DNA of 64,000 bases from an uncultured Planctomycetales bacterium (lineage in GTDB: Bacteria; Omnitrophota; Gorgyraeia; Gygaellales; Profunditerraquicolaceae): the NCBI GenBank assembly GCA_964579435.1, contig CAZOGI010000001.1:157907-221906 (forward strand). Reading direction: 5' to 3'. How positions within the stretch are numbered: position 1 is the first letter of the stretch; each line of letters opens with the position of its first letter. The notes under the pieces were generated by a model. It did no database searches and was not told the origin of the DNA. It was given only the letters and a program-made list of their open reading frames with translations. Positions 1 to 8,818 of the stretch are shown here, one piece after another. The translations under genes and the position numbers were made by a program.

Positions 1-480
1 ATAGGGAATAAAGCGTTTGCAGTCAAACGACACCAGCCCCGAGAACTGCCAGTCATCGAGAACCGCTTTGTGCTTGACGACGCCGACATCGATCGAGTGC
101 GGATGGATACTGATGTGCTGAAAGCCGACGGTTGCTTTCAGGCGTTCGCCGGAAAAAGCGGCGTAGCGGAATCCGTAGCCTCCCCCCATATACGTCGGAT
201 AATCCAGTTCGTCCGCCGCCCCGGGGTGCTGCTTGATATATCCCGCCCCGCCCTTGAGGTCGACGCTGAATCGCTGCGTCAATCCGTACGAAAGCAGGAA
301 AAAATCCTGCCACGAGCGCAACTCGCCGGCAGAATGCTCCTGATAGCGGTTCAGGAGCGCATAGCTCTGCAGGCCGATCACGACCTGCCGCTTTTGCGGC
401 TGCGTCGGCCCCATGCAGGGCGCTGCCGTGGCAACCGCGGCCCAGGCCGTCAGAAGAAACCCGATCAGAAAAACCCTCAT
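1..480 (-). CDS. Exported protein, N-terminal 160 aa only (runs off the left edge); possible outer-membrane beta-barrel
   Basis: Hand translation of the reverse strand from ATG 480..478 gives MRVFLIGFLLTAWAAVATAAPCMG... with no stop down to position 1. It has a Sec-type signal peptide. The ATGA overlaps the stop of the upstream gene at 477. It is absent from the ORF track because it is truncated. Confidence 0.45.
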   Translation of the reverse strand, partial: MRVFLIGFLLTAWAAVATAAPCMGPTQPQKRQVVIGLQSYALLNRYQEHSAGELRSWQDFFLLSYGLTQRFSVDLKGGAGYIKQHPGAADELDYPTYMGGGYGFRYAAFSGERLKATVGFQHISIHPHSIDVGVVKHKAVLDDWQFSGLVSFDCKRFIPY

Positions 481-1145
481 TGTCGCTTTCCTGCAGGAAA
501 CCCCCGCAGCGGACACTCCCCGCAGCGCGGATGCTGTTTATGGCAGTATTCTTTCGCGACCCTGACGAACAACGCGTGGTATTCGTTAAATAATTGTACC
601 TCTTTTTTCAGGTTTTTCATGAAAAATTTTTGCGCCTCCTCGTAGGAGACATCCTCCGGCAGCAGACGGTGACGCGCCAGAACGCGTTTCGTGTAGGCAT
701 CGACCACGAAAACCGGGCGGGCGAAGGCATAGAGAAGGATAGAGTCGGCGGTTTCCGGCCCCACGCCGTTGATCCGCAGCAACTCCTCCCGCAACTGCTC
801 CTGCGGCACCTGACGCAGTCGCGTCAGCCGGCCGCCGCAACGCCGCATCAGCCAGCCGAGTGTATTGCGCAGCCGTTGCGCCTTGAGCCGGTAATATCCC
901 GCGGGCCGGATCAACCGCTGCAATCTGCCGGTGCGTATGGATAAAACCCCCCGGAGAGAGAGTGCACGCGCCGCCCTGAGGTTACGGATCGCGCGCTCGA
1001 CGCTACCCCAGTTGGTGTTCTGGGTCAACACCGCTCCGACAATGACTTCGCAGGGGGTGCGCGCCGGCCACCACCCCTGCGGACCAAAATGCCGATAGAG
1101 CAGGCGAAAAAGGGAGCGCACCAGAACCTGTTCCGTGGCCGACAT
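477..1145 (-). CDS. Endonuclease III-like HhH-GPD DNA glycosylase with C-terminal 4Fe-4S cluster loop
   Basis: HhH motif LLRINGVGPETADSILLYAF, GPD-like region VVDAYTKRVLAR, and C-terminal CHKQHPRCGECPL. I place the start at internal ATG 1145 (MSATEQ), 4 nt after the upstream stop, rather than at the ORF-track start 1214. Confidence 0.8.
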   Translation of the reverse strand: MSATEQVLVRSLFRLLYRHFGPQGWWPARTPCEVIVGAVLTQNTNWGSVERAIRNLRAARALSLRGVLSIRTGRLQRLIRPAGYYRLKAQRLRNTLGWLMRRCGGRLTRLRQVPQEQLREELLRINGVGPETADSILLYAFARPVFVVDAYTKRVLARHRLLPEDVSYEEAQKFFMKNLKKEVQLFNEYHALFVRVAKEYCHKQHPRCGECPLRGFPAGKRQ

Positions 1146-1149
1146 ACGG

Positions 1150-3111
1150 TTATTCGGAGAACTGCAAGGGGTTATAGCCGTAATAGGCGAAGAGCGTGTA
1201 GGCGGTGCCGGCAACCGAACCAGTGGCTTTACCTTTGGGAGTCACCCAGCCATGGCCGGTATCAACCGACTGTTCCGAGGCATACGGCAGACAACCCTGC
1301 CCTTGTCCCGACGGAGAGGGACTGGAAATAACCATCTTTGCCAACTCATTGAGATAGGCGCTGGCCTTTTCTGCATAGAGCGCGGCCTTCGCGGCCTCGT
1401 TGCGCGAAGCAAAATAGCGCGAGAGGATCTGATACGAAACGACCATCTGGGCGGTCCATTCCGGGGAAACGATGCCGCCGCGGGCCAGGTGCCGCTGCGC
1501 CGCGAAATCAAACCCGCGCACGCGCACCGCCGCTCCCTCCGGGCGCACATAGGAAACCTCGACGCCGCACTGGGTCTCGGCGAACGCCATGATCTCCTGC
1601 GGATCCATGCCCAGCTCGCTGAGCTTTTCCGGTCCGATGCTGGCAATCGACCAGGCATAGGTATCGGTGGCCACCGTAGCATCGCCTTTGCCGCGCTGCA
1701 CCGGAACCTCGCCGCGGTCATAGGTATGCGCCTGGAGCCAGGAGAGCACCCGTTCCGCCGCCTGCTGGTATCGCTCGTGCCCGGTCATACGGCTCAGCAG
1801 ACGGTAAAAAGCGTAGGCATCCAGATTGTGCTCGGTAGCAAACCAGGAGACGTTGGGTCCGCCGCGGATACCGCCGCCGTCATCCTCCTGCTGCAACTGC
1901 AAGATGGCCGCGGCAATCTCCTGCGCCAGCGGCAGAAAGGTCTCGTCACCGGTCTGGCGGGTATACTGCAGCGCCGCGATTCCCAGCCAGATATTGGGTC
2001 CGGCATGCACGACGTATTCCGCAGGCGTCCCGTCGTTGAAATAATAGGCGTTGACGAAGCGGCCGTCGATGCGTTTTGCCCGCTGCGCGAAAAAGGCCAG
2101 GATATTCCGGGCGCGCGCCGCGTCGTTGAAGAGCAGGTACGCCTGCACCGCCAGCGCCTGGTCGTACACGAACGCCCAGCCGCCGACGGCATCGTCCCCT
2201 TCAAAACTCAAGACCAGGCCGGTGCGCGGATTCTGGTGCACCGCCAGCCACTGATACATTTTCTGGATATTGGCCTTCTCCAAGACCGCCTTACGGTGGA
2301 CCAGACGCGCTATCTGGGTGCTCGTCTGCGCCTCATTGGTCCGGACCCGCTGGAGGCGATGCTGCAGGATCGAGCGCTCCGTCAGGAGCTTGCCGATAAG
2401 CGTGTTGAGCTTGCTCAGGCGCTCTTCCTGGCGCAGGGACGAGGTACGCGCCGCCTCCAGATCGTTCAGATGTACCTCCAGCCGCTGCAACTTCTGTTGC
2501 AGATCCGCGCGCGCCGCGCTCAGGGAGTGGATCTGCTGCTCGGCCGCTGAGGTTTCCTGAGAGACTTTGACCAACTGGGAGATGAGCTGCTGGTTGCCGC
2601 TCACCAGCCGCGCGTTCCAAGCCGCGCTCAAAAGCAGACCGGCCCCCAGGAGAACGAAAATCCCGGCCACGATCGGCGCGGTCAACACGCGCGTCCAGGC
2701 AAAACGCAAAAGCATCCTGCCGTCCGCGGCATCGATCTGCTCATAGCGGACGCCGAAGAGATACCGGCCGACCCCGTCGGTATCCTGGCGCATCCAGGCC
2801 GCGGCGCCGCGGGCACTGACCAGGCGCTTGGTGAACGGAGTCTCGATCTCGAGGGAGAATTGTGCCTTCTGGGAAGCGAGCTTTTCTGCGGCGTCGGCGG
2901 AGAAACGGTTAACCGTCAGACAGATCCCGCCTTTACCTATATTGTTGGTGAAACCCTGGAACCACTCGGAGAGAAAATGTTTCCCGTCGCAGCTGACGAG
3001 CCTAAACTCAACCGGCAACACCGTATCCAGACGCAGGTATTGGCGGCGGTTCGACCGGTTGCCGGTGCCGGGCTGCCCCAAAGACTTATGGTCGCTGGCC
3101 GGGATCGTCAT
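1150..3111 (-). CDS. PilZ-like domain / TM helix / long coiled coil / C-terminal (alpha/alpha)6-barrel glycosidase-like domain protein
   Basis: The N-terminus has RRQYLR (RxxxR) and NNIGKGG ((D/N)xSxxG-like). A hydrophobic helix follows (LTAPIVAGIFVLLGAGLLLSAAW). Then come about 130 aa of heptad-rich Q/L/E/R sequence, and a C-terminal region with GGWAFVYDQALAVQAYLLF-type repeats. Confidence 0.6.
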   Translation of the reverse strand: MTIPASDHKSLGQPGTGNRSNRRQYLRLDTVLPVEFRLVSCDGKHFLSEWFQGFTNNIGKGGICLTVNRFSADAAEKLASQKAQFSLEIETPFTKRLVSARGAAAWMRQDTDGVGRYLFGVRYEQIDAADGRMLLRFAWTRVLTAPIVAGIFVLLGAGLLLSAAWNARLVSGNQQLISQLVKVSQETSAAEQQIHSLSAARADLQQKLQRLEVHLNDLEAARTSSLRQEERLSKLNTLIGKLLTERSILQHRLQRVRTNEAQTSTQIARLVHRKAVLEKANIQKMYQWLAVHQNPRTGLVLSFEGDDAVGGWAFVYDQALAVQAYLLFNDAARARNILAFFAQRAKRIDGRFVNAYYFNDGTPAEYVVHAGPNIWLGIAALQYTRQTGDETFLPLAQEIAAAILQLQQEDDGGGIRGGPNVSWFATEHNLDAYAFYRLLSRMTGHERYQQAAERVLSWLQAHTYDRGEVPVQRGKGDATVATDTYAWSIASIGPEKLSELGMDPQEIMAFAETQCGVEVSYVRPEGAAVRVRGFDFAAQRHLARGGIVSPEWTAQMVVSYQILSRYFASRNEAAKAALYAEKASAYLNELAKMVISSPSPSGQGQGCLPYASEQSVDTGHGWVTPKGKATGSVAGTAYTLFAYYGYNPLQFSE

Positions 3112-3133
3112 CGAAAGAGGCCTCGCACGGCGT

Positions 3134-5563
3134 TCATTCCTTCTGACCCTGCGATAGTTTGTTCTGCCGCAGGACTATATGTTGTTTGCACCGGTATGCC
3201 AGGCGCTGCATAAATTCCCTGAATGCCGCGTACTCCGGAAGCGGAACCGTTGATTTCTTACGCACCAGCTCCTGCCTAAAAAATATTGTATTCTTTTTCT
3301 GGCGGTATGCAACCGTAAAAGACAGCCAGGGACTGTCTTCAAAGAAACTCTCCGGAAGCGAAAGGACGCTCAGGCTTGCAGGCAATTCGATCTGGAACTC
3401 ATTCTCCTTGGCTTCCAGGCATTCAAATTCAAGCGGATAGCTGCGCCTGGCCAGGGCGACCGCTGACACATCCAGGGAGGGAAGCTGCGGGATGATGCGC
3501 AGCGATCCGGCGCGCGCGAAATACTCCGGCCCGCGGAAAGAGTACCGCAGCAACGGCGTCTCTCCCAGCCCGGCGGCGTTCCTGGTCTCGTACCGGGACA
3601 GCTGCGCCCCGATAGAAAAATCCTGTATCCTGCCGGCCAGCTCCTGCTCGATGAGCTCCGGGGGCGTGAAGAGGAACCAGTGGCGCATGGCCTGCGCGTT
3701 CAGCCCGTAGGAAAGAACCGTCCGCTCCGCCAAAACCGATTCAGCATCAGCCTGTACCCACAGCTTCAGATCCTGCTTAAGCAGATTGTGGGCGGCCGCA
3801 AACGCCGGCGTCCGCAGGATCCGGTAGCCGTCGGGGCCGCAGAGCAGCACCGTGCGGTCCTGGTCGCCCAGCGGCAGATCCCCGAACGAGCAGGTCTGTG
3901 CCGTCGGATCGAGAAAAACCGTCTCCCCGTCGATCTCGGTGGCGGCGATACAATGGTTAAAGAGCACCGTCGAGAAATCGGCGCGCATGTCGGGCAGCTC
4001 CTTTGTCGGGATAAGCACCGGCCATCCCGGCAGCCCGGCGGCGCGCAGCATCGTCACCAAGAGAACCGCCTGATCTTTACAGTCGCCGTACTTGTTGCGG
4101 AAGATATCGGCGGCGGCGTGCGGCTCATACCCGGCCTCGCCGTATTCGACCGCGACATAGCGGATCTCCTGCGCACAATACTCGTAGAGCGCCTCTGCGC
4201 GTTCCCGCGGCGAACGCGCAGAACGCAGGAGCTCCCCGATTTTAGCCTGGATCGCCTCGTCCGCCCGGATCTTATCCTTCGCCAGATTCCACCACCACTC
4301 GTACACCTCCTGCCAGTCGTCAAACGTCGACAACAACACCGTCGGATTGATCCGGGCCTCCTCGGGCATGAGCGGCTCGGGAATGATCTGGGGGATATCC
4401 GCCATCACCCACTCATAGGCCGGCCCCCGCGCGGTCTCGGTTACGACCGGCTGCATCTTTACCCCGAAAGAGTTGTATTCCTCGTTGAGCAGGAGCGAAG
4501 AGAGCCTGCGTCCCGGAGGCAGGCTGACCTGAAGCGCCGCGCGCATGATCGGCTCACCCGACTGCACCGGATAGCGCAGCACAAAATCCTTGCCGTTGAT
4601 GAGCTCGTGCGAGACGATACGCGCCCGGTACTCGACGACCGAACCGACCGCCACTTCGGGGAAAGAGATGATGAGAACGCGCGCGTTGCTGTAGAGGGGG
4701 AAATTCAGGTACTTCGAAACGTCCCGCAGGTGCCTCGTCCCGACGTCGACGACCGTCCCGTCGGGCTTGATCGTGCGGGCATACTCCAGCTCTATCTTTT
4801 CGTACGTCGAATCGTACTCGAGGGGCAGCTCCGAGAATGCCTCTTTGCCGCGCTCGTTGAGGATCTTAATGACGTAATGCAGGCTCGTCTCCTGGCCGTT
4901 GCCGGGGCCGACGCTTAAACGTTCGTCACAGAGCAGGATGAGGGCGCCCGCCTGCGGGTACCGCTCTTTCCCCGGGGCTGCGGCGATCAAGGCGCTGATC
5001 TCGGGAGCGGCATCTCTGATATGAACCAGTCCCATTTGGCGTTCGATCGCGCCGATGCGCTCGGCGGCCCGGCCGGCAAATGCGGGTTGGGTGATCAAAC
5101 GGTAGTGCTGCAACGCCTGATCAAAGAGGTTCAGTTTCTCGGCGGTGAGGGCGCGGAAATATCGCATTTCTTCGTCAACGGGATCGTGCGTGCGCAACAC
5201 CTCCAGGGCATCGGTATACTGCCCGAGCCGATACAGCGTTATCCCCAGGTATTTGCGTGCCTCGGGCAGTGCGCTTTGACGCAGATGCTCCAGGGCTTTC
5301 TCGAACTCCGCGTGATCGAAATAGAGCCTCCCCAGCGCCGCATGCGTGCGGTCGGTATCGATGCCGCGGAGCAAACCTTCCTGATAGCCTGCAACCGCTT
5401 GACGGTAATAGGACGCCGAAACCTCCGCCAAACGAGCGGGAGAAGCGAGTCGTTCCTGACGGCAGCCGCCGGCGCAGCAGAAAAATGCCCCCAGCAGGAA
5501 CGCGCTCCCCAGAAGAACGCCCCGCTTTTTTCCCCCGAAGCGATTACGTAACGCGGTATTCAT
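3134..5563 (-). CDS. Lipoprotein with TPR-like repeats, a DUF3857-like domain and a transglutaminase-like cysteine protease core
   Basis: The internal start MNTALRNRF (ATG 5563) is followed by lipobox-like LGAFFCCAGGC. The transglutaminase core is YGDCKDQAVLLVTMLRAAGLP plus NHCIAA. The 339-nt upstream ORF extension overlaps hypD and I treat it as non-coding. Confidence 0.75.
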   Translation of the reverse strand: MNTALRNRFGGKKRGVLLGSAFLLGAFFCCAGGCRQERLASPARLAEVSASYYRQAVAGYQEGLLRGIDTDRTHAALGRLYFDHAEFEKALEHLRQSALPEARKYLGITLYRLGQYTDALEVLRTHDPVDEEMRYFRALTAEKLNLFDQALQHYRLITQPAFAGRAAERIGAIERQMGLVHIRDAAPEISALIAAAPGKERYPQAGALILLCDERLSVGPGNGQETSLHYVIKILNERGKEAFSELPLEYDSTYEKIELEYARTIKPDGTVVDVGTRHLRDVSKYLNFPLYSNARVLIISFPEVAVGSVVEYRARIVSHELINGKDFVLRYPVQSGEPIMRAALQVSLPPGRRLSSLLLNEEYNSFGVKMQPVVTETARGPAYEWVMADIPQIIPEPLMPEEARINPTVLLSTFDDWQEVYEWWWNLAKDKIRADEAIQAKIGELLRSARSPRERAEALYEYCAQEIRYVAVEYGEAGYEPHAAADIFRNKYGDCKDQAVLLVTMLRAAGLPGWPVLIPTKELPDMRADFSTVLFNHCIAATEIDGETVFLDPTAQTCSFGDLPLGDQDRTVLLCGPDGYRILRTPAFAAAHNLLKQDLKLWVQADAESVLAERTVLSYGLNAQAMRHWFLFTPPELIEQELAGRIQDFSIGAQLSRYETRNAAGLGETPLLRYSFRGPEYFARAGSLRIIPQLPSLDVSAVALARRSYPLEFECLEAKENEFQIELPASLSVLSLPESFFEDSPWLSFTVAYRQKKNTIFFRQELVRKKSTVPLPEYAAFREFMQRLAYRCKQHIVLRQNKLSQGQKE

Positions 5564-6638
5564 AGGAAATGGCACAACTCCCTTCCCGGGAGACCATACA
5601 CGGCCCCAGCGGAGACTGCGGCCTACAGCGGCGCGCGAACAACGGGCAGCGCGGCGGATCGAGCTTTCCCCGCAACACCGCAGCACAGCGACAGCCTTCC
5701 CGGGGAGAAACCGGCTGCCTCTGCCTCCGCAGCGCAACGGCATGCCGGGCATCAAAATGAGCGAATTGCGCCCGGAAAGAGAATCCGCTTTCCGCGATAG
5801 AGCCGAACCCGCGCCAGACCGCAGCTTTCGGTTCGAAGACGCGATCCAGGATGCGCTGGGCATGCACATTACCCTGTGGCCGCACGACCCGGCTATATCC
5901 ATTCTCGACCCGCGCGATGCCGCGGCGCAACTGCCGCAACAGCGTCAAGATCCCGCAGAGCATATCCGCAGGCTCAAACCCGGCCACACAACAGCCGATG
6001 CCGTACGTCCGGGCAAACGGCTCATACGCGCGCGTCCCGATAATAACCGACACATGCCCGGGACAGAGGATGCCGCTGATATCGACACCCTTGCCGCGCG
6101 CCAGGAACGAGAGGACCGGCGGGATACGCTTGAGCGCGTTGAGAAAAAAAAGGTTCCCGACCTTCTGGCGGCTGGCCTGCAAAACCGCCAGCGCCACTGC
6201 CGGGGCAGTTGTTTCGAATCCGACACCCAAAAAGACAATCTTTTGTCGCGGATTCTCCCGCGCCAGGGAGAGAGCCTCCAGCGGCGAATAGACCGTGCGA
6301 ATCCGGGCACCGGCTGCACGCGCCGCGGCAAGACTGCCAAAACTGCCCGGGACCAGCAGCATGTCCGCGAAGGTCGCCACCTGAACCCCGGGCGAGCGGG
6401 CATAGGCGATCGCCGTATCGATATAGCGTTGGTCGCTGACGCAGATCGGACAGCCGGGACCGGAGACCAGGCGGACCGTCTTCGGCAGATACCGGTTCAG
6501 GCCGAAGCGGTGGAAGGCGCGGGTATGCGTCCCGCAGACCTCCATCAGGACCGCCGGTTCCCGCGGCGCAAAGCGCTGCAGAAGCCCTCCGAGCCGTTCC
6601 AGATGCCGCGGGGAGCGGAACTCGTCAACAAATCTCAC
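5544..6638 (-). CDS. hypD: [NiFe]-hydrogenase maturation factor HypD
   Basis: Motifs MEVCGTHT, GPGCPICV and GFETTAP, plus C-terminal Cys-rich motifs. It overlaps hypC by 14 nt. Confidence 0.9.
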   Translation of the reverse strand: MRFVDEFRSPRHLERLGGLLQRFAPREPAVLMEVCGTHTRAFHRFGLNRYLPKTVRLVSGPGCPICVSDQRYIDTAIAYARSPGVQVATFADMLLVPGSFGSLAAARAAGARIRTVYSPLEALSLARENPRQKIVFLGVGFETTAPAVALAVLQASRQKVGNLFFLNALKRIPPVLSFLARGKGVDISGILCPGHVSVIIGTRAYEPFARTYGIGCCVAGFEPADMLCGILTLLRQLRRGIARVENGYSRVVRPQGNVHAQRILDRVFEPKAAVWRGFGSIAESGFSFRAQFAHFDARHAVALRRQRQPVSPREGCRCAAVLRGKLDPPRCPLFARRCRPQSPLGPCMVSREGSCAISYEYRVT

Positions 6639-6834
6639 GTAACACCCTCAGGGTCTCGGCGGCCCGCCGGGGATCGATCTTCTCGATGGCGAAACCGGCA
6701 TGGACCAGAACATACTCCCCGACCGCGACGCCCGGGACCATGGCGATGTTTATCCGTCGCTGCAGCCGCCCGGCAGCGACCGTGGCAAACGAGCCCTCTT
6801 TACTGACGATCTTCAACGGAACGGCAAGGCACAT
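6625..6834 (-). CDS. hypC: Hydrogenase maturation chaperone HypC/HupF
   Basis: N-terminal MCLAVP motif, 69 aa, immediately upstream of hypD. Confidence 0.9.
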   Translation of the reverse strand: MCLAVPLKIVSKEGSFATVAAGRLQRRINIAMVPGVAVGEYVLVHAGFAIEKIDPRRAAETLRVLREIC

Positions 6835-6837
6835 ATC

Positions 6838-7983
6838 TTAACCCTGGAAAGAAGAAAACCGGCTCTTCGGTGAACAGGAAGCGATGACCGCCTGCCCGAG
6901 GGAGACCGACGCGTCCCCCGCGGGAAGCCGGCGATGCACCCGCACGCAAAACCCCGCTTTATATAGTAACGCACCCAGGTGCTCCCGCACAAGGGTATTG
7001 TGCATGACCCCGCCCGCAGCCACCACCGTGTTGATTCCCGTTCTGGCGCGCAGGCGCACGCATACCGCCGCAGCAAGGTGCGCCACGGAATAGTGCAGCG
7101 CGGCCGCAATATCCGCGCGGCTTTGTTTGGCCTTCAGGTCAACGACGATCCCGCGCACGATCCCACCGAGGGCAACCTCCAGGCATCCTGCACGTTCCCG
7201 CAGGCGGTACGGATACAGCCGCGGCGGGTTCCGGCTGCGGCGGGCCAGCGCTTCGAGTGCCCGCGGCAGCTGCGCCTCGGCGCACGAATCCCGGCAACAC
7301 AGGATGATGCTCGCCGCGGCATCAAAAAGACGCCCGGCGCTGCTGGAGAGCGGCGACGCAAATCCGCTGGCAGCCAGCGCCAGAACCGCCCGTGCTTTTT
7401 TGCGGGGAAGGCCTTTTAAAAAACTCAAGCCCTGCCGCCACAGACGCTCGCCGTAGAGACGCTGCAGCCATACCAAAGCCACCCGCCACGGCTCCCGGAT
7501 CGCCGCTTCTCCTCCGGGCAGAACAACAGTCTCAAGGTGCCCGGCGCGGATATAGCTGCGGTAATCGCAGATCAAAAACTCTCCTCCCCACAGCGTGCCG
7601 TCGCTGCCGTACCCGGTGCCGTCAAAAGCGATGCCGATCACCCGGCGGTTAGGCAGGCCGCTTTCGGCCATAGCCGCAGCGATATGCGCGTGGTGATGCT
7701 GGACGCGGACCAGGGCCACCCGGCGCCGGGCCGCCACCTCCTGCGCGTACCGGGACACGCTATAGCCTGGATGCAAATCCGCCGCCAGAACGTGCGGCCC
7801 CCTCTGCATCCACCGACGGACCGCTTCCCTGAAGCGCACGCGCTGGCGATACTCGCTGCAGTCGCCGTGGAGACGCGAGAAAGAGGCGGACCGGCCGGAG
7901 GCGAAACAGAGGGTATTTTTCGTTTCGGTGCCGAAGGCCAAAACCGGGGTCGGAACCGGGAAAGGCAGCGCAAGCCTATGCAT
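6838..7983 (-). CDS. hypF: HypF-like carbamoyltransferase, C-terminal Kae1/ASKHA-like domain only
   Basis: LAFGTETKNTLCF, DLHPGY, VQHHHAHIAA and FDGTGYGSDGTLWGGEF match the C-terminal half of HypF. There is no acylphosphatase, Zn-finger or YrdC-like region. I place the start at ATG 7983. Confidence 0.8.
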   Translation of the reverse strand: MHRLALPFPVPTPVLAFGTETKNTLCFASGRSASFSRLHGDCSEYRQRVRFREAVRRWMQRGPHVLAADLHPGYSVSRYAQEVAARRRVALVRVQHHHAHIAAAMAESGLPNRRVIGIAFDGTGYGSDGTLWGGEFLICDYRSYIRAGHLETVVLPGGEAAIREPWRVALVWLQRLYGERLWRQGLSFLKGLPRKKARAVLALAASGFASPLSSSAGRLFDAAASIILCCRDSCAEAQLPRALEALARRSRNPPRLYPYRLRERAGCLEVALGGIVRGIVVDLKAKQSRADIAAALHYSVAHLAAAVCVRLRARTGINTVVAAGGVMHNTLVREHLGALLYKAGFCVRVHRRLPAGDASVSLGQAVIASCSPKSRFSSFQG

Positions 7984-8818
7984 CGTTTCCCTCCGCAGCC
8001 ACCAGCTCCAACGAAACGATCGCATCGACCCGGAACGTCCGCTCGGCACCGCGCAGCAGGCAATGCCCGCGCACGTACGAAACGCCGTTTTCCTTGAGGA
8101 TCTGCTGCGGCACGATCAAACGTTGGCTGAGCGGGCCGCCGCTTTTCGCCAAGTAGCGAATCGCAAGGCGCGCCCCGTCGTCGATCGCCTCCTGGATGCG
8201 CGAGATCTTTTCCTGTTCGCGGGCAGCCAAAGCGCTGTGGGGAAGCGCACAAAGATCCAGGAACGTATCGGTATCCCTGATGCCTTTTGCCTGCAGCAGA
8301 CCAAGCAGGGCCAGAAAAACACGCGCGGTCAACTCCACATCCGCTCCGGCGCGGTGCGCCTGAGGAATGCCCAGGCCCAGCGCCTGCGCCACCGCCTGCA
8401 GCGAATAGCGCTCCTGTCCCGGCAAGAGCCGGCGCGCCAGCCGCAGGATATCCGCCACTATCATCTCTGCCGGTTCCGCCAACCCTGCCGCTGCAAGCTC
8501 GGCGCGCAAAAACGCCAGGTCAAAACGGGCGTTGTAGGCGCAGACGCAGCTGCCCTGGATAAAGCGCAGAAACTCCGGCAGCACCGCGCGGCAGACGGGC
8601 TTGCCCGCCAGCATTGCGTCGCTGATATGGTTGACCGCGAAGGCGGCCGGCGACACCGGGCGTTGCGGATCGATGAGTGTTTCAAAAACCGCCTCGGTCA
8701 CGTCCCCGCGCAGACGCAGTGCCGCCAACTCGACGATACGGTCTCCCGTCTCCGGATTCAGTCCGGTCGTCTCGGTATCGAATATGGTAAAAACGGTACG
8801 GTCAAGCGCCTGTCCCAT
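7976..8818 (-). CDS. DEDDh 3'-5' exonuclease (DnaQ/epsilon-like) fused to a C-terminal WYL-like domain
   Basis: Exo I is FDTETTGL, Exo II is AYNARFDLAFL and Exo III is HRAGADVELT. The C-terminus, IRYLAKSGGPLSQRLIVPQQILKENGVSYVRGHCLLRGAERTFRVDAI, resembles WYL ligand-sensing domains. Confidence 0.75.
   Translation of the reverse strand: MGQALDRTVFTIFDTETTGLNPETGDRIVELAALRLRGDVTEAVFETLIDPQRPVSPAAFAVNHISDAMLAGKPVCRAVLPEFLRFIQGSCVCAYNARFDLAFLRAELAAAGLAEPAEMIVADILRLARRLLPGQERYSLQAVAQALGLGIPQAHRAGADVELTARVFLALLGLLQAKGIRDTDTFLDLCALPHSALAAREQEKISRIQEAIDDGARLAIRYLAKSGGPLSQRLIVPQQILKENGVSYVRGHCLLRGAERTFRVDAIVSLELVAAEGNDA

Noticed and set aside
3134-5902. Long N-terminal extensions of track ORFs. Examples: 3134-5902, 12097-12855, 16012-17004, 21596-23551, 25825-26580, 31006-32208, 43274-43597, 53546-55429.
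   Set aside because: The extensions overlap the preceding genes and lack homology. They are followed by internal starts that give canonical N-termini, either signal peptides or conserved first motifs. I therefore use the internal starts.
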